Positions 31,276 through 48,704 of a stretch of 64,000 nucleotides of DNA are shown here, in pieces; the stretch's first letter is position 1; each line of letters starts with the position of its first letter. A program made the position numbers and the translations under genes. Origin of the DNA: Escherichia phage ZCEC14; the sequence record OP168898.1; one strand, written 5' to 3'. The notes below the pieces were generated by a model. The model worked only from the letters and a program-made list of their open reading frames with translations. It had not been told where the DNA came from and ran no database searches.

Positions 31276-33255
31276 TTAACCTGCAAGACCAGTTAACTCA
31301 TCGAAGTCTGCACCAGTAGCAGTTGCGACGAAATTCAAAGTAATATAATTTATACTGCGCGCCGGTTGGATGTAGAATGTTGCAACAAACTCATTTCTAT
31401 CAATTACTGACGGAGTGTTATTTGTTGTATCGCAAACTACACGATATTCATAAATTCCACCGAGAGCTTTAATTCCCTGTAAGTACTGGGCAGTTTCTGT
31501 GCGGAATGATGAACGAGTAAACGCGTTGTTTAATTCGAACAAACGATATTTTGAACTACGTCCGATATTTGTTTTCAACATATTAAACAGACGACGAACG
31601 TTAATACGATCAAACGGAGAAGGAACAGAAGTAGCTGTTTTATCACCATACAATACGTAACCATCGCCACCTGTACCAGTTACCGGGTTGATAGCTTCTT
31701 GGTATAAACGGTCGCGCTGAGCCTGGCGAGTTTCAATAGCAAGTTTAATAACGTTAAGAATCTGGCCACGATTATAACCAGCTGGAGACATCCAAGTCTG
31801 AGATACGTTATCAGTTCTTGCGCATAAACCAGCAATATCAGCTGCTAATGGAACCCAACGATTCACATCATTATATTTGTCATACTGATACTTGTAGTTA
31901 CCATCAATTGCTGCGTAGGTTGAACTGATATTAAAGTTATTATCAGTGTATGAACCTGCAGCAGTTCTCCAATTGACTAAGTTATCAACAGCACGAGTTA
32001 CAGGAATTCCAACCACAGTTTCACGCGGAGGAGAGCACAATACTAAGCAATCTTGACGAGCATCTCCGATTGAAACGACGTGTTTTTGGACAGTAGATGC
32101 TGTTTCTAAAGATTCACCGGCACAAGAACCCGCAATAAACAACTGAACATCAACAGATTCGCGGTCAGCAAAGAAGTCCCAAGCTTCCATCAAATCTCCT
32201 GCTGTTACTTCAGCATTTGATGATAATCCACCAGACAGAGTTAAAATTCCAGAGAAGCCTTCTGGCCAGTTTTGTGCAGTTGCAAAAATATATTCTGAAC
32301 CACCTTTTGCGAAAAAGTCATCGATATAGATGTTACTATCGTAAATATCTTTTTCACCACGCTTAGTTGAAAGAACAACGCTTTGAACAATAGCATCATT
32401 ACGACGAACTATAATAGCGTACTGTGAATCAGTTTGCGGTCCATATCCAAACACTGCTTTGGCAGTAGATGCACGAGTACCACCACCTGGATAAATTGGG
32501 AGTAATGCAGAAGCTCCTTTTGCATAGTCAGCTTTAGATACGATTTCAATTTCAATTTTATCGCCTAATTCGCCTGGATAAAGAGCTACTACTCCTGGAA
32601 TTCCGTATTTTTCGAGATTTGCTTGAAAGTCAACCGCTGTCATAGCAGCTTCAGCATTTTCAATTTCAGCTAATAAAATACCAGAATCAGTAATAATTTT
32701 TCCAAGAGTTATTACTGCAGCTAAACCAGAGGAAGACGAAGAAATTTCCGCAGTCCAGTTAGAACCTAATTCCGGATATTCACCGACTTCTTTAGCTTTA
32801 GCGATAATTTTTGCAGTAGGAATATTAATTTTCTTAATTTTTCCATCTGCGTCTACTTCAGTAATTTTACCTTCAGTTTCAATATCATCTGAAACATATT
32901 TGACCGTGATTTTATCTCCAACCTCGTAGTTACTACCTGGGGTAGAAATTGTGTATTCAATATTACCAGCGATTGGTGATGAGTTTTTAGCGGTATCTCT
33001 ATCAACAGCACGAACTACTCGTAAGTCATTTCCGTACTGCAAGAAATTCATCGCAGACATAAAATAGTCAGCAGTTTCAGCGGTTGGTTGACCAAAAGTA
33101 TTAACTAAATCTACTTCATTTGTAACCTGTTTAATCTGAAAAGCAGGACCCCACTGGAATTTACCGGCCAAAGCTGCTGTACCAGTAGAGTTATTAACCA
33201 CGGTGCTTTGAACCGTAGTTTCTTTGAGCTCAATGCCCGGAGATAATAAAGTCAT
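31276..33255 (-). CDS. 18: Tail sheath protein gp18-like (659 aa)
   Basis: Length and synteny. Confidence 0.9.
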   Translation of the reverse strand: MTLLSPGIELKETTVQSTVVNNSTGTAALAGKFQWGPAFQIKQVTNEVDLVNTFGQPTAETADYFMSAMNFLQYGNDLRVVRAVDRDTAKNSSPIAGNIEYTISTPGSNYEVGDKITVKYVSDDIETEGKITEVDADGKIKKINIPTAKIIAKAKEVGEYPELGSNWTAEISSSSSGLAAVITLGKIITDSGILLAEIENAEAAMTAVDFQANLEKYGIPGVVALYPGELGDKIEIEIVSKADYAKGASALLPIYPGGGTRASTAKAVFGYGPQTDSQYAIIVRRNDAIVQSVVLSTKRGEKDIYDSNIYIDDFFAKGGSEYIFATAQNWPEGFSGILTLSGGLSSNAEVTAGDLMEAWDFFADRESVDVQLFIAGSCAGESLETASTVQKHVVSIGDARQDCLVLCSPPRETVVGIPVTRAVDNLVNWRTAAGSYTDNNFNISSTYAAIDGNYKYQYDKYNDVNRWVPLAADIAGLCARTDNVSQTWMSPAGYNRGQILNVIKLAIETRQAQRDRLYQEAINPVTGTGGDGYVLYGDKTATSVPSPFDRINVRRLFNMLKTNIGRSSKYRLFELNNAFTRSSFRTETAQYLQGIKALGGIYEYRVVCDTTNNTPSVIDRNEFVATFYIQPARSINYITLNFVATATGADFDELTGLAG

Positions 33256-33283
33256 TTTTAATCCTCTTTAATATGCTTTAATA

Positions 33284-36424
<3,141 letters not shown>

Positions 36425-36465
36425 GATTTCTCCTAATCTGGGCTTTAATTAGTTTATAATATTTA

Positions 36466-38167
<1,702 letters not shown>

Positions 38168-38179
38168 TTAAAATCCTTT

Positions 38180-38195
38180 GGGGCCTTGCGGCCCC
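38180..38195 (-). terminator. Hairpin ggggcc-ttgc-ggcccc between wac and gene 13
   Basis: Perfect inverted repeat. Confidence 0.4.
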
Positions 38196-38198
38196 ATG

Positions 38199-39656
38199 TT
38201 ATGCTGGTGATAAAAAGGTAGAAAGTAGTACCCATTCGCCGTCTTTACGAACGTAAGCTTGACCATCCTTTGGAGCTTCAGGAATATAACCTGCTTCTTG
38301 TAGAGCTTGAACGCTGCTCTGTAAAGAGGATATATTGTCTTTAGCTGTATTTACTTCATGTGTGACTGCCGCAATGTTAGTTTCATTCGTTTTTACAGAA
38401 TTAGTTAATCCTCGTTCTTCAACAGTTGATCCGTCAGGATTATTTCCATTTATAAGTGAAGTAAGTTCAATAACTTGACCTTTAATTCCTGTTCTATTAT
38501 TTCCTATTTCAACTTGTATATTTTGAACATTATTGTTTAAAACTGAAACTTCTCCTTCAAGCACTGAAACTTTATTTAATAGAGATCCAGAAGGAGACGG
38601 TTGTCCTCCGCTGGAGTCAGTTCCAACAATTTGATTTAACCACGAAACATTCGCTCTTAAACCAGACGAAGTGTTTTCACCAACAATTCCGTTTAAAGAC
38701 TCGATAGAAGTTGTGTGATTTTTAATTTTTCCTTTAATACTAGAAGGAATATCATCTGAACCTATAGAAGTTTCAATAGACGTTAAGCGCTGTTTAACAC
38801 CTTCACTCTGATTTAATTCATTATTAATAGCTTCAATGCTACTTTTGTTATTATTAATTTCTGTTATTATAGAAACATTTTCTGGGTATCCAATAGAAGA
38901 TTTAATTTCTGCTATATCAGAATTTATTAAAGTTTGTTTATCATCTATAGTGTTTAATCTATTATAAATATTTGGTCCAAAATCTACCGGTTTATTACCA
39001 AGTTCATCACGTAATTTACCAACTTCAACAGTCAATGATCCTACGTCAGATTCAGTAAATTTAGTTTCTAATTCGCTTAAACGAATGCCTTGTGAAGATA
39101 ATAACGTACTATTTGTTATTATTCTGTGTTTCATTCCTGTGCTAGCATTACCAACAACAGGAAGACCGTTAATGTCTTGACCAGAATATTGTCCTAATTC
39201 CTGTTTAATCCACAATAAATCATTTCTAATTGTTCTATAAACAGAGTTTTCTTCATCATTAAATGGACCTATATCAGCAATAATTTTGTCAACTGTATTA
39301 TTAGTTCCAGTTAATATATCAGTGTGTTCACTAGTAAGTGTCTTTAAATTTGATATGTCATTTTTATTAACACTGATCTGCGATAGCGCTTCTATATCTC
39401 CTGATACGTCTAAAACTCCTTGAATTGTTTTAATATCTTTCTGTGATGTTTCAATGGCAGTTTTAAGAATTCCCACATTTTCATCAAGAACTTCGACGTT
39501 TTTAAACACGGAAACAATTGGTCTATTCATTGATCCATCATTTCCATACTTAGTACTAGCTCCTAATATTTCTTCACCATTTTTAATCCATGAAATACGT
39601 TCCTGACCTTCGTCAGGAATGCTATCAACAAAAGGTAACTCTTTTAATTCAATCAT
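38199..39656 (-). CDS. wac: Fibritin (whisker) wac-like (485 aa)
   Basis: Coiled-coil-like repetitive composition; synteny. Confidence 0.85.
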   Translation of the reverse strand: MIELKELPFVDSIPDEGQERISWIKNGEEILGASTKYGNDGSMNRPIVSVFKNVEVLDENVGILKTAIETSQKDIKTIQGVLDVSGDIEALSQISVNKNDISNLKTLTSEHTDILTGTNNTVDKIIADIGPFNDEENSVYRTIRNDLLWIKQELGQYSGQDINGLPVVGNASTGMKHRIITNSTLLSSQGIRLSELETKFTESDVGSLTVEVGKLRDELGNKPVDFGPNIYNRLNTIDDKQTLINSDIAEIKSSIGYPENVSIITEINNNKSSIEAINNELNQSEGVKQRLTSIETSIGSDDIPSSIKGKIKNHTTSIESLNGIVGENTSSGLRANVSWLNQIVGTDSSGGQPSPSGSLLNKVSVLEGEVSVLNNNVQNIQVEIGNNRTGIKGQVIELTSLINGNNPDGSTVEERGLTNSVKTNETNIAAVTHEVNTAKDNISSLQSSVQALQEAGYIPEAPKDGQAYVRKDGEWVLLSTFLSPA

Positions 39657-39665
39657 TTGTAATCC

Positions 39666-41216
39666 TTAGTAATGAACTTTAATAATATAGTTTAATGATA
39701 TATTCCATGGTCTAGTTTCATAACCAATTAATCCTTCACGATTAAGTGTACCATGAGCATCTCTCGGTCCACCTAATTCAAATCCATCATTAGTGAAGTA
39801 TGAAGCATTATCCCAGTCGGAATATTTTCTAGTTCCAAGATATCCTTGATAAACTGACGCGCCAAATGGGCCTTCACTTCTGTTATATTCTCCCCAACCA
39901 CCGGCGTGTTTATGGTATGACATTTGTTGTGCCTGGACACCACCAACATGCATTCCGTCACATCCTACGCCAAGTCTATCCTTTCCATAACCATCTTGTC
40001 CTCGTTGATTTAAAATATGACCGCCTGTGCCGGCTCCTCTGACGAAAAGACCTCGCATATCAGGAATACCAGGATTATTCCAATCACCACCAAATCTTGT
40101 TCCAACTACGTTTCTATAATCAGGAAATTGGTCACCTGACACGGTTCCACCGTGACACATAGACCAACCTGGAGGTGCTGAATCACCTGCAAACATCATA
40201 ATAGTCCCAACTGGAATTCTTTCGGACGCATATCTTTCAGTGGCAACAGGTTGATCGCCATTTTTCCACATTCCGCCGCGCGACCAAATTCCATTTGCTG
40301 TGAGATGATCTAAATTTAAAGAACCATTAATAGTTTGTCCACCACGAGTATTAATTACATCTGCGTTCCAGGCTAATGCTCCAGAGCTATCACCTTCAGG
40401 AGCAATACCGGCCTGCGTCGTTAATTTTACTACCCCACGCATAGAACCGGTAGCTCCTCGACCATTTAGTGTTTCACCTGTTACTGCAACATCCCCCAAA
40501 TTATTATTAATTTCTGCTTGTGTTCCTAGACGTATAATACCCTTATATTCTTGTGTTGCAACAGAATTCATAAAGGTATACGGGGAAATTGCATATCCTT
40601 CGCGGAGAGTTCCTTGACGAGTTTGTGCAACAGTAGATAATTGAACTACTCCTCTCACCGATTCTGTTGCAGTGTCTTCTGAAGGAGCTATTTGTGAAAT
40701 TAATTTTATTGCAAGTTTTTGGGTTTTCAACGGAGTCATCGCCGTAGTATCATCGACACCAGCCAAAGCTGCAGGCGTAGATGATATTTTAATAACCCCG
40801 TTTGATGACTCAGATGAATATCTATTTCGGAACACATCATCAGTATGGTATTTCAGTTTTTGCGGCGTTATTGATGAATTATTATCTGAGCCTTCTAATG
40901 TTTCTTCATTTGTTGAATAGCGCGTTAAACCGTATTTAGTTTCAGTAGCATTTGGATACAATAATCTTGTTGCTAATGTAGCTGGTGTAACGATTTTAGA
41001 ATTATTTGTTCCATCTAAAACCTCTTGCTCTGATGCAATCATTGCTATTCCTTTAACTTCCATAGTTGCATCAGGAATACCATTTACGCCGATATTACTT
41101 ATTCTTGATAATGCAGACTGCACTGTCGTAACAGTGTCAGGAAAATTCGATCCAGTAGGATCGAATTTAACATATTTTGATTCATTTGATACGTGCTGAT
41201 ATGTATTGTTACTCAT
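39666..41216 (-). CDS. 12: Short tail fibre gp12-like (516 aa)
   Basis: Synteny and length. Confidence 0.85.
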   Translation of the reverse strand: MSNNTYQHVSNESKYVKFDPTGSNFPDTVTTVQSALSRISNIGVNGIPDATMEVKGIAMIASEQEVLDGTNNSKIVTPATLATRLLYPNATETKYGLTRYSTNEETLEGSDNNSSITPQKLKYHTDDVFRNRYSSESSNGVIKISSTPAALAGVDDTTAMTPLKTQKLAIKLISQIAPSEDTATESVRGVVQLSTVAQTRQGTLREGYAISPYTFMNSVATQEYKGIIRLGTQAEINNNLGDVAVTGETLNGRGATGSMRGVVKLTTQAGIAPEGDSSGALAWNADVINTRGGQTINGSLNLDHLTANGIWSRGGMWKNGDQPVATERYASERIPVGTIMMFAGDSAPPGWSMCHGGTVSGDQFPDYRNVVGTRFGGDWNNPGIPDMRGLFVRGAGTGGHILNQRGQDGYGKDRLGVGCDGMHVGGVQAQQMSYHKHAGGWGEYNRSEGPFGASVYQGYLGTRKYSDWDNASYFTNDGFELGGPRDAHGTLNREGLIGYETRPWNISLNYIIKVHY

Positions 41217-41872
41217 GCTATTCTCTCAAAATAATAAAATACTGTAGGTTGTGTGTGACTATCTAGCGTAACAGTTTGCGCACCTAATAATTGCCAAGTT
41301 CCGTACCCAGGTTTAGAAGGAGAAATTATTTCCTGTTTGAAAGTAATTCCTTTATCAGAGTATTGTTCTAAGATATGTTCTTGGTTATCTAAATACTTAA
41401 CTTGTATTTTATTTCCTATGGTAGGATGGTCTTCAAATGAATCAATTGCAATAAATTTTACAACCATTTCCTGTAGAGCTATTCTAACGGCACTAGTGAA
41501 TTCGATTGAAGTCATTCCATTAGTAGCTTTAACTGGAATACCAAACATGTTAACAATAACTGGATCACCTGGTTTGGCTGAAGTATCAGTAACGGTTCCT
41601 TCAAATGACCAATAGTCTGTTTGTTGCACGCCAGTAGGAGATACACCGCTTATATTAACTAATACAGCTCCAACCGGTTGCTCTGCCATATTTCTAACGT
41701 CATTGATAGCAGATTCTACATTTGAATCATAAAAACCTTTTGCTATTTGTGAAATTGTTACAGCGCCTACCGGCTGATTATTCATAACCGAAATATCATT
41801 TTTCTTAGTTCTAAAACCAAGAAAATCTGCTAAGCGGGAAATAACTCCCGCTTTATTATTAAGTAAACTCAT
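41213..41872 (-). CDS. 11: Baseplate wedge gp11-like (219 aa from MSLLNNKAG; track ORF starts 6 codons upstream)
   Basis: N-terminus [20 protein letters not shown] matches T4 gp11 as recalled. Confidence 0.85.
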   Translation of the reverse strand: MSLLNNKAGVISRLADFLGFRTKKNDISVMNNQPVGAVTISQIAKGFYDSNVESAINDVRNMAEQPVGAVLVNISGVSPTGVQQTDYWSFEGTVTDTSAKPGDPVIVNMFGIPVKATNGMTSIEFTSAVRIALQEMVVKFIAIDSFEDHPTIGNKIQVKYLDNQEHILEQYSDKGITFKQEIISPSKPGYGTWQLLGAQTVTLDSHTQPTVFYYFERIA

Positions 41873-43677
41873 TATGCAATCCTTATCCAACGGTATACAG
41901 TAATAGACGGTTGAATATTACTAATATTAGTAGGAGGAGTATGTGAAGAGTTTGTTGTTGCGTAGTCTTCACGATATTTTGTATATATAGGACCAGTTTC
42001 GTCTGGGTCATATTGGCAACCTCCAATAATAACTGATCCATTTTCGTCTTCAATTAAAACTCTTTCATCGGTTTTAGTCGCAGGAAGATTTGCGTTTTCA
42101 AGCGTTACTGTTGTTGTACCAACTGTTCCACCGGCGGTATGTGAAGGATTTCCGCTAGAATCTAAATCATTATTGTTTAATGCAAAGTTTGGATCTGTAA
42201 CATCATCATTCCATCCTACTAAAACCTGCCCTTTACCAAATAATTTCCATGAACCAAATCCCATATAAGTCACCGGATTATTTGGGTTTATAGCATTTTC
42301 ATAAATTGAACCAACAGGATAAATGCTGTCGAAAATAGATGATATTGAATTATACGTTCTAGTATAAGAATCAACTTTTTCAACATTTGGCCAACCGATT
42401 TTATCAAAATCTGTTAAGGCTACATCACCAGTAACTTCAGTAGATGTTCCTTTACTAACATAACGGTCATCGGTTAATTCAATAATGTCATCTTTTTCTA
42501 AAAGAGTTCCTAAATCATTATTGAACCATGTTATAACGATTATATCTCCTGATTCAAATTTTCTATCAAATAAAAGACTGACAGGTTTTCCATCTTCATA
42601 TTCTATAGAATAATCTGTGTTTGATTCTTTCCATTCGCCACCAAGAGATATACATCCTGCTTGCGTATCTGAATTAGCGCCTTCACACAAAAACAGAGGA
42701 TATCCGGCTGTTCCAGCTTGTTGTTGTAAAATTCCATTAAAACGAACTTCAAGAGAATTAGGATTAATAGGTTCTCCGGGAATTAATCCAAATGCAGAGA
42801 ATGGAATTGATTTCATTGTTGATAAATCAGTAACGTAAATACTTCCTTCTAAAGAAGTTTTTGACGTTAATTTTGAATCTAATACTTTTATTTGGCGTCT
42901 TGTATATGAACTTCTCCATTGTGATATACCATCCATAAATGTTTCAATTTGAACAGTGTCACCAATATTACAAGGCTGTCTTAACCTAATATTAAATCCA
43001 TCAAGAGGAATCAATTCTCCTTCATTTTCCCCAGGAGAGCCAAAGTCACTGTTTTCACTAAATACATCGCCGTAATATAATTCATTACCACGGTGTTTTA
43101 CTCGGATGTTATTAACATTATAGCTAGTTCCACGGAAAACATCTAAAAAGTCTGTTTGTCCTTGAACTTCGACTAAAAATTCTTTACGTGCTACATTACT
43201 AATATCTGAACTAATAATTTTGTCAATTTGCTTGTTTTTGACATATTCCCAACGTCCTGGAGCACAATAAACGAGCTCTAAATCACTAAATTGAATATTA
43301 ATTTCAACTGACGATGACGACCCTTTAATTGTATCCCCAGAAGCAGCTACTAAAGTAACTGGATTAATGTTCCATGTTGCAAATACATCCCTAGCTCTAA
43401 TTACTTTATTATAATCATTAACAGTTCCTTTAGGAAGTTGTAAAGTTACTCTTCCAGAAGAGGTATTAATAGCGTATGATTTTCCCCACTTAGCTTTTAA
43501 TGTTTGACCGGATGAAGCATTATAAGTTTTCCAGGCACCGGCTGAATATGGAACATCTCCATCGCCAAGTTCATAATAAAGTTCATCAAAGTTTTCATTT
43601 ATTTTTATACCACCTTTACGCAGGTAGTCACCGGTACCATCATCAACAACATTACCGATATTAATATTTTGTTTCAT
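41872..43677 (-). CDS. 10: Baseplate wedge gp10-like (601 aa)
   Basis: Synteny and length. Confidence 0.85.
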   Translation of the reverse strand: MKQNINIGNVVDDGTGDYLRKGGIKINENFDELYYELGDGDVPYSAGAWKTYNASSGQTLKAKWGKSYAINTSSGRVTLQLPKGTVNDYNKVIRARDVFATWNINPVTLVAASGDTIKGSSSSVEINIQFSDLELVYCAPGRWEYVKNKQIDKIISSDISNVARKEFLVEVQGQTDFLDVFRGTSYNVNNIRVKHRGNELYYGDVFSENSDFGSPGENEGELIPLDGFNIRLRQPCNIGDTVQIETFMDGISQWRSSYTRRQIKVLDSKLTSKTSLEGSIYVTDLSTMKSIPFSAFGLIPGEPINPNSLEVRFNGILQQQAGTAGYPLFLCEGANSDTQAGCISLGGEWKESNTDYSIEYEDGKPVSLLFDRKFESGDIIVITWFNNDLGTLLEKDDIIELTDDRYVSKGTSTEVTGDVALTDFDKIGWPNVEKVDSYTRTYNSISSIFDSIYPVGSIYENAINPNNPVTYMGFGSWKLFGKGQVLVGWNDDVTDPNFALNNNDLDSSGNPSHTAGGTVGTTTVTLENANLPATKTDERVLIEDENGSVIIGGCQYDPDETGPIYTKYREDYATTNSSHTPPTNISNIQPSITVYRWIRIA

Positions 43678-44543
43678 TATTGAGCCACCCCGATTTTCTG
43701 CGTAGCGATAACTTTAACTGCTGCTCTCATACCGACAGTTGAAGAACTTATAGTCGCCGTTACATAATTTTCTTTAATACTAAATGCAATATTAGCGATT
43801 TCGTCTTCTTCGGTTTCATTCCCAACTCGCATGACAGCATATTCAGAAGAAATGACCTCTGAATTAACAATATCCACAAGAATATTTATTTCTGCTGTTT
43901 TAATTTTTCTTCCATCTACCGATTGGCACGTAACTAACAATTTAGCCATATTGTATTCAGTGCGATGAAATAGTGGAATGTCAACTGATCCAGATGTAGA
44001 AATATTCCATGTGCCTTCAGCTGGTGATTCCCTTTGACCAAACATGCTTTCAATAGAATAATTCCAAACCGACGTAGAATTATCAGATGAAATACAGCGT
44101 AAAGTAACTTTACTATATGGAGTAGTTACTACCAAATTACCTGAAACACCTTTAATTGAATCAATAGCCTGAATCGTTAAAGGATTAGTAACTGATATTG
44201 ATCCATTAGAGTTAATGAATTCAACACAATCGCCAAGTTCTCCTCTTTCAATGATAACTTTAACACCTACAGTAGAGGTATCAATATCATGTCTAGTGCC
44301 AACTTTTACTGGAGTTGCATACTCAGCAATAGAGTGTTTTTGATAATATCCAGTAGCATGGATAATTTGACCATCTGCTCCGGTGCCATTTGCTACTGCC
44401 ATTTTACGTTGATCGCCAAACGCATTATAAATTGCGTTAAAATCACTATTAATTTTATTACCACCGTCGAATAAGATATCACCAGTAGAAGCGTTACCAA
44501 TTTCGCCGGTATCAATCAATTTCTTTGGTTCTTGAATGAACAT
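43677..44543 (-). CDS. 9: Baseplate wedge / long-fibre socket gp9-like (288 aa)
   Basis: Synteny and length. Confidence 0.85.
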   Translation of the reverse strand: MFIQEPKKLIDTGEIGNASTGDILFDGGNKINSDFNAIYNAFGDQRKMAVANGTGADGQIIHATGYYQKHSIAEYATPVKVGTRHDIDTSTVGVKVIIERGELGDCVEFINSNGSISVTNPLTIQAIDSIKGVSGNLVVTTPYSKVTLRCISSDNSTSVWNYSIESMFGQRESPAEGTWNISTSGSVDIPLFHRTEYNMAKLLVTCQSVDGRKIKTAEINILVDIVNSEVISSEYAVMRVGNETEEDEIANIAFSIKENYVTATISSSTVGMRAAVKVIATQKIGVAQ

Positions 44544-44567
44544 AGCGGTTTCCTTATGAGTTTATAG

Positions 44568-44575
44568 TATTTATA
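44568..44575 (-). promoter_or_regulatory. Late promoter TATAAATA (minus) upstream of gene 9
   Basis: tatttata on + strand. Confidence 0.5.
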
Positions 44576-44585
44576 AAGAAAAAAA

Positions 44586-44603
44586 GGGAGCCCATGGGCT
44601 CCC
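44586..44603 (-). terminator. Palindrome gggagcccatgggctccc flanked by A/T runs
   Basis: Perfect 18-nt palindrome between genes 8 and 9. Confidence 0.5.
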
Positions 44604-44608
44604 TTAAT

Positions 44609-45613
44609 TTAAAATGTAAACAGAATATTGATTTCTTCTGTTTGATCCATTGCCATGATAATAGGTGGCCTATTTTCCATATAAATCATTTCGCCCGAAT
44701 GCCTCATTAAATCTTCTGGATCATAATAATCCTTTTCAGCTTTAACGTTTGGGTCATTTGGATGAGCTTTAGCTTCAAGAGGATTCGTGATTATTGATAT
44801 TTGTCTAAATCCTTTATTTCCTGGCAATGCAGCATCAGGAAAATAAACTGAATCTAAATATGCTTTAAAACGGATAGTATTTGCCTTAACCCGGTAAATT
44901 AATCCAAAATCATCTTGTTGCCAAGTGAGATTATCTTCATACCCCCATCTAGTCGGGTCTTCTTTTAATTCCTCAGGCCAAGGAACTACGATATATTCAT
45001 TCGTACATCTATTTATAGATACATCGGGTGGAATCTCAAATAGATATTCCCATACATACCCGTCCCCAGGTTCAATTGTTCCTTCAGCATCTCCTCGACC
45101 TTCAGGAGGAGTCATTGACCTAACAGAAGGTGTCCATTTTCCGCCTAATTTAAGGCATTCATCCTTATCAGTTAAAGATGAGATTGAACACATTCCGGTA
45201 TCAGGAACATCTAAACAACGATATACTAACCAGCCTGCACCTGATTCAGTAGCGTTGTAAGGAGCTGAGTTACACACTACAATATCGTTAATTCTAAATG
45301 TATACGGATCCGGATATCTAGTATCTCCCCAATCTCGACGAGGAATAACTGCATCAAGCATTGATGGAAGAACCTTTACGGTTCCCATCATATGCGTCCA
45401 CATGTCAGTTACGCCTAATACAGAATCGGTTGGATAAGGTGGGGCAAAGCCCACCTCATTTTCATTTGATGACCACGGTTCTGATCTTCCAAATGTGATA
45501 AAGATAGTGTTTTTATCCGGACCACTTCCAATTGAATTATAAAAATTCAACATTTTTTCTGTTCTAAATTTTGAAGTAACTATCGCACGATAGATAACAC
45601 TTGAATCATTCAT
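44609..45613 (-). CDS. 8: Baseplate wedge gp8-like (334 aa)
   Basis: Synteny and length. Confidence 0.85.
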   Translation of the reverse strand: MNDSSVIYRAIVTSKFRTEKMLNFYNSIGSGPDKNTIFITFGRSEPWSSNENEVGFAPPYPTDSVLGVTDMWTHMMGTVKVLPSMLDAVIPRRDWGDTRYPDPYTFRINDIVVCNSAPYNATESGAGWLVYRCLDVPDTGMCSISSLTDKDECLKLGGKWTPSVRSMTPPEGRGDAEGTIEPGDGYVWEYLFEIPPDVSINRCTNEYIVVPWPEELKEDPTRWGYEDNLTWQQDDFGLIYRVKANTIRFKAYLDSVYFPDAALPGNKGFRQISIITNPLEAKAHPNDPNVKAEKDYYDPEDLMRHSGEMIYMENRPPIIMAMDQTEEINILFTF

Positions 45614-48600
45614 CTATTTTAACCTGTGTTGGATTTTCAGGGTCTCTTGGATTTCCTATATTATCTTTTAGACGTTTATTAACTAAATCCCTAAATTGCG
45701 CAAATGTTGTTCCAGATGCATCAAATAGGGGACTCATTAATTTACGTCGTTCAGACGGCAATTGACCTTGAAATATTGAATTATTATTTTCAGCATTATA
45801 GTCATCAGGAAGAGGATATTCTACACCAGCCATTGGGCCAGGCTCATAAATTGCTTCGCCTGTTACTGAATCATACTCAATTTCACCAGTTGGAGTTAAT
45901 TTAGCTACTCTATCAGCATATTCAGTAGGTAATCCAGAATCCCATTTATAGTTTTTGTATTTATTAATTATAGTCTCTGTATGTTTAAGAGTTAAACCAA
46001 CATTAATAAACATTGTTAAAAGAGTAATTGCTATAAATCCAAATCCTACTGGATGAACAAAACGAATAACGTCAGATTTCCAGCGGGAAGAAGGTAAATT
46101 GGATTTAATTTTCATTACATAGTATGATCTACTTCTATTAATATAGTCTATATTGTTTTGAAGCAAATCCTTTCCTTTAACTCCACGAATAATTTCGCCT
46201 TCAAAACTAGGGAGTCTTTCTGCTTTAACTTCTTGACCAGCAATCAATCTTCCCAAAAGATTATGAATAGTTACGGTCCATTGCAATTTACCATTAGAAT
46301 AGCTTCTTTCTATATAAGTAACATTACATCTTCCTGTTGCCGTATAAATCGTTTGTCCTACTAAATCTTCAGTCAAAGAATCAGATTGAACGATTATATC
46401 ATATTCAGTACCAGCTCCAGATTCAATTTCAATTTCAACTTCTTCATTATAAAGAACTTTAAAAAGAAATTTGTATGATGCTTCAATTCCTTTAGTAGAA
46501 TAAAAATCATAACTACGTGATTCAAAAAATCTTGCTACAGCATCACGTTTATCAGCATTTAAATAAATGTTTCTTTTATATATCTCTGACCACAAATATT
46601 CCCATGCATGCTCTTCTCGTGGATACTGATTACGAATTAAATTTCGTAAATTATTATACTGAGTTCCATATCCGTCAGAAAGATACTGAATATATGCTTC
46701 GCAAAATGCCTCAAAATTAGAATCCTGTAACAAATAAGAATCAGGCATCATTGTGCCAATTAATGGTCTTAAATCAGGGTCAGCTAATCCATGCTCTTCT
46801 TCTGGTGACCAAGGAGTCTCATGCTCTTGGTTTTGTAAAAATGCTTTTAAAAATACTCCAGTCGGCTTCCAAATAATTTCTACTGTATCTCTCACACGAT
46901 AGTTAAAATCATAGTAAGAAATTATTTCACCGGAGGCTTTATAGAAAAGCATTCCTGATGCGTATTTTTTAAATCCAGTGAATTTAACATTTGGCATTAC
47001 TATAGTGCAATCACCATCATCCCAGTATTCATGAACTAATCTATCTGGCGATGTTTCTGGAAAATTTTCAATAACTTTAGTATATTTTAAATCTGCATAA
47101 ACTACTACAGCTCTATTAGAGTTGTTTATCCAACAGCGTGTGTTAGATTTTTTAGACCAGTTAAAGAACGGTTCTGCGTAGTATTTCATTGGTTGAGGAG
47201 TAAAAGTCTCCCAATCAGATTTTTCATCCGCTATAAATGCCATCATATGATAATGCTTATCAGCTAACCATTCACGAGGAAATTCATATTTAACAGCACC
47301 GATTAACTGATATTTTGCTGCAGTTTCAGGGTCATTAACAACATTATCACTTAAAAATTTAAAATTACTCGAAGACAGAGAAACTAATTTACCGTCAGTT
47401 GACATGTTTGCGTATCCAGGTTGAATACGTCTTCTTTCTTCTTCTGTATTACCGAAAACTCTTTTCCATGTTTTTTCGTCATGATTTAAAACATATATTC
47501 CTTTATCAGTAGAATCAATTATTTTTGACGTTCTAGGATTAGCATTTAATGTTTCAACTTCACCGATAATAAGAGCAAAAACTTTATCACCAATAGAATC
47601 CATTTTATAGCATACTGCTTTAGGATTTCCAGTTATAGTCATTGTATCAGGTTCAAATAGCCTTTCCGAATATGTTGGAGATAATGGATCAGAATCTATA
47701 GGTGCATTACTCGTTTTTATGTATCTAACTTTGTCTCTGGCGACAACGTAAATGTAATCATCGGTGCAAGTAATAGCTTCAGCTATACGATACACGTTTG
47801 CAGGTAATGTAGCATAAGTACCAAAGATTTCAACATCAAATCCCAAATGAAGTTGATCACCAAGTTTAGCGAATGTTATGTCCTGCGAACTAAATCTGAC
47901 ATCATCAGCTGACCATCTAACATCAGTAGATTTGCGGCCATAGAAAATCTTGTCGTATCCTAGAACATATGTTGTGCTCGCAGATTGATAATATACAGTC
48001 TTAGATAAAGGATATCCTACACGGTCATTGAAGAGCTTTACAGCTTTCCAGGTTTGACCTTTATCATTGGATACTTTAACTACAGGTTGATAACGCTCAA
48101 AAAGATATAGAATCCCTTCTGATTCCATCAAATAAACTCGATTAATATCCTTACATACTTGCTGAATAGAACCTTGTATTTCATGATACTCATTTTCACC
48201 AATAATAAAATTACTTATTGATGAAACATCAGCATACGATGGGCTGAATTGGAATGATTCATTCATCAATGCAGCCATTATAGTGTCATTATTAAAATTG
48301 ACATAATTAGAATTGTTAAGAGTAAATTTTTCCTGAATGAATTTATTGGCTAATTGCATTTCAATCATGTTTTGAAATGTGTAAGCATTCGTAGCAAAAG
48401 TTTCAAACTCTTCTGTATAAACCCAATCAGACTGCTCAAAATCTTGCGCCGCCGTAGCTACTCTAATGATGTATGATGTTAGTGGATCAGCATCATCAAA
48501 AAAGAAACTATTATTTGCTGTATATCCTAAATTAATCCAACGATATTGATCGCTCGGGAGATTTTCCCCCGAGTCTGTTTTTGTCTCAGCGATTTCTACA

Positions 48601-48704
48601 AAATAGTAGAAATTAGCACCAACGTCATCCCAGCGTACTTGCACCTGATTTGCGGATAACTTGGAAATTCTGAGACTAGTGACTGAAGGTGCTTTTACTG
48701 TCAT
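45606..48704 (-). CDS. 7: Baseplate wedge gp7-like (1032 aa)
   Basis: Synteny and length. Confidence 0.85.
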   Translation of the reverse strand: MTVKAPSVTSLRISKLSANQVQVRWDDVGANFYYFVEIAETKTDSGENLPSDQYRWINLGYTANNSFFFDDADPLTSYIIRVATAAQDFEQSDWVYTEEFETFATNAYTFQNMIEMQLANKFIQEKFTLNNSNYVNFNNDTIMAALMNESFQFSPSYADVSSISNFIIGENEYHEIQGSIQQVCKDINRVYLMESEGILYLFERYQPVVKVSNDKGQTWKAVKLFNDRVGYPLSKTVYYQSASTTYVLGYDKIFYGRKSTDVRWSADDVRFSSQDITFAKLGDQLHLGFDVEIFGTYATLPANVYRIAEAITCTDDYIYVVARDKVRYIKTSNAPIDSDPLSPTYSERLFEPDTMTITGNPKAVCYKMDSIGDKVFALIIGEVETLNANPRTSKIIDSTDKGIYVLNHDEKTWKRVFGNTEEERRRIQPGYANMSTDGKLVSLSSSNFKFLSDNVVNDPETAAKYQLIGAVKYEFPREWLADKHYHMMAFIADEKSDWETFTPQPMKYYAEPFFNWSKKSNTRCWINNSNRAVVVYADLKYTKVIENFPETSPDRLVHEYWDDGDCTIVMPNVKFTGFKKYASGMLFYKASGEIISYYDFNYRVRDTVEIIWKPTGVFLKAFLQNQEHETPWSPEEEHGLADPDLRPLIGTMMPDSYLLQDSNFEAFCEAYIQYLSDGYGTQYNNLRNLIRNQYPREEHAWEYLWSEIYKRNIYLNADKRDAVARFFESRSYDFYSTKGIEASYKFLFKVLYNEEVEIEIESGAGTEYDIIVQSDSLTEDLVGQTIYTATGRCNVTYIERSYSNGKLQWTVTIHNLLGRLIAGQEVKAERLPSFEGEIIRGVKGKDLLQNNIDYINRSRSYYVMKIKSNLPSSRWKSDVIRFVHPVGFGFIAITLLTMFINVGLTLKHTETIINKYKNYKWDSGLPTEYADRVAKLTPTGEIEYDSVTGEAIYEPGPMAGVEYPLPDDYNAENNNSIFQGQLPSERRKLMSPLFDASGTTFAQFRDLVNKRLKDNIGNPRDPENPTQVKIDE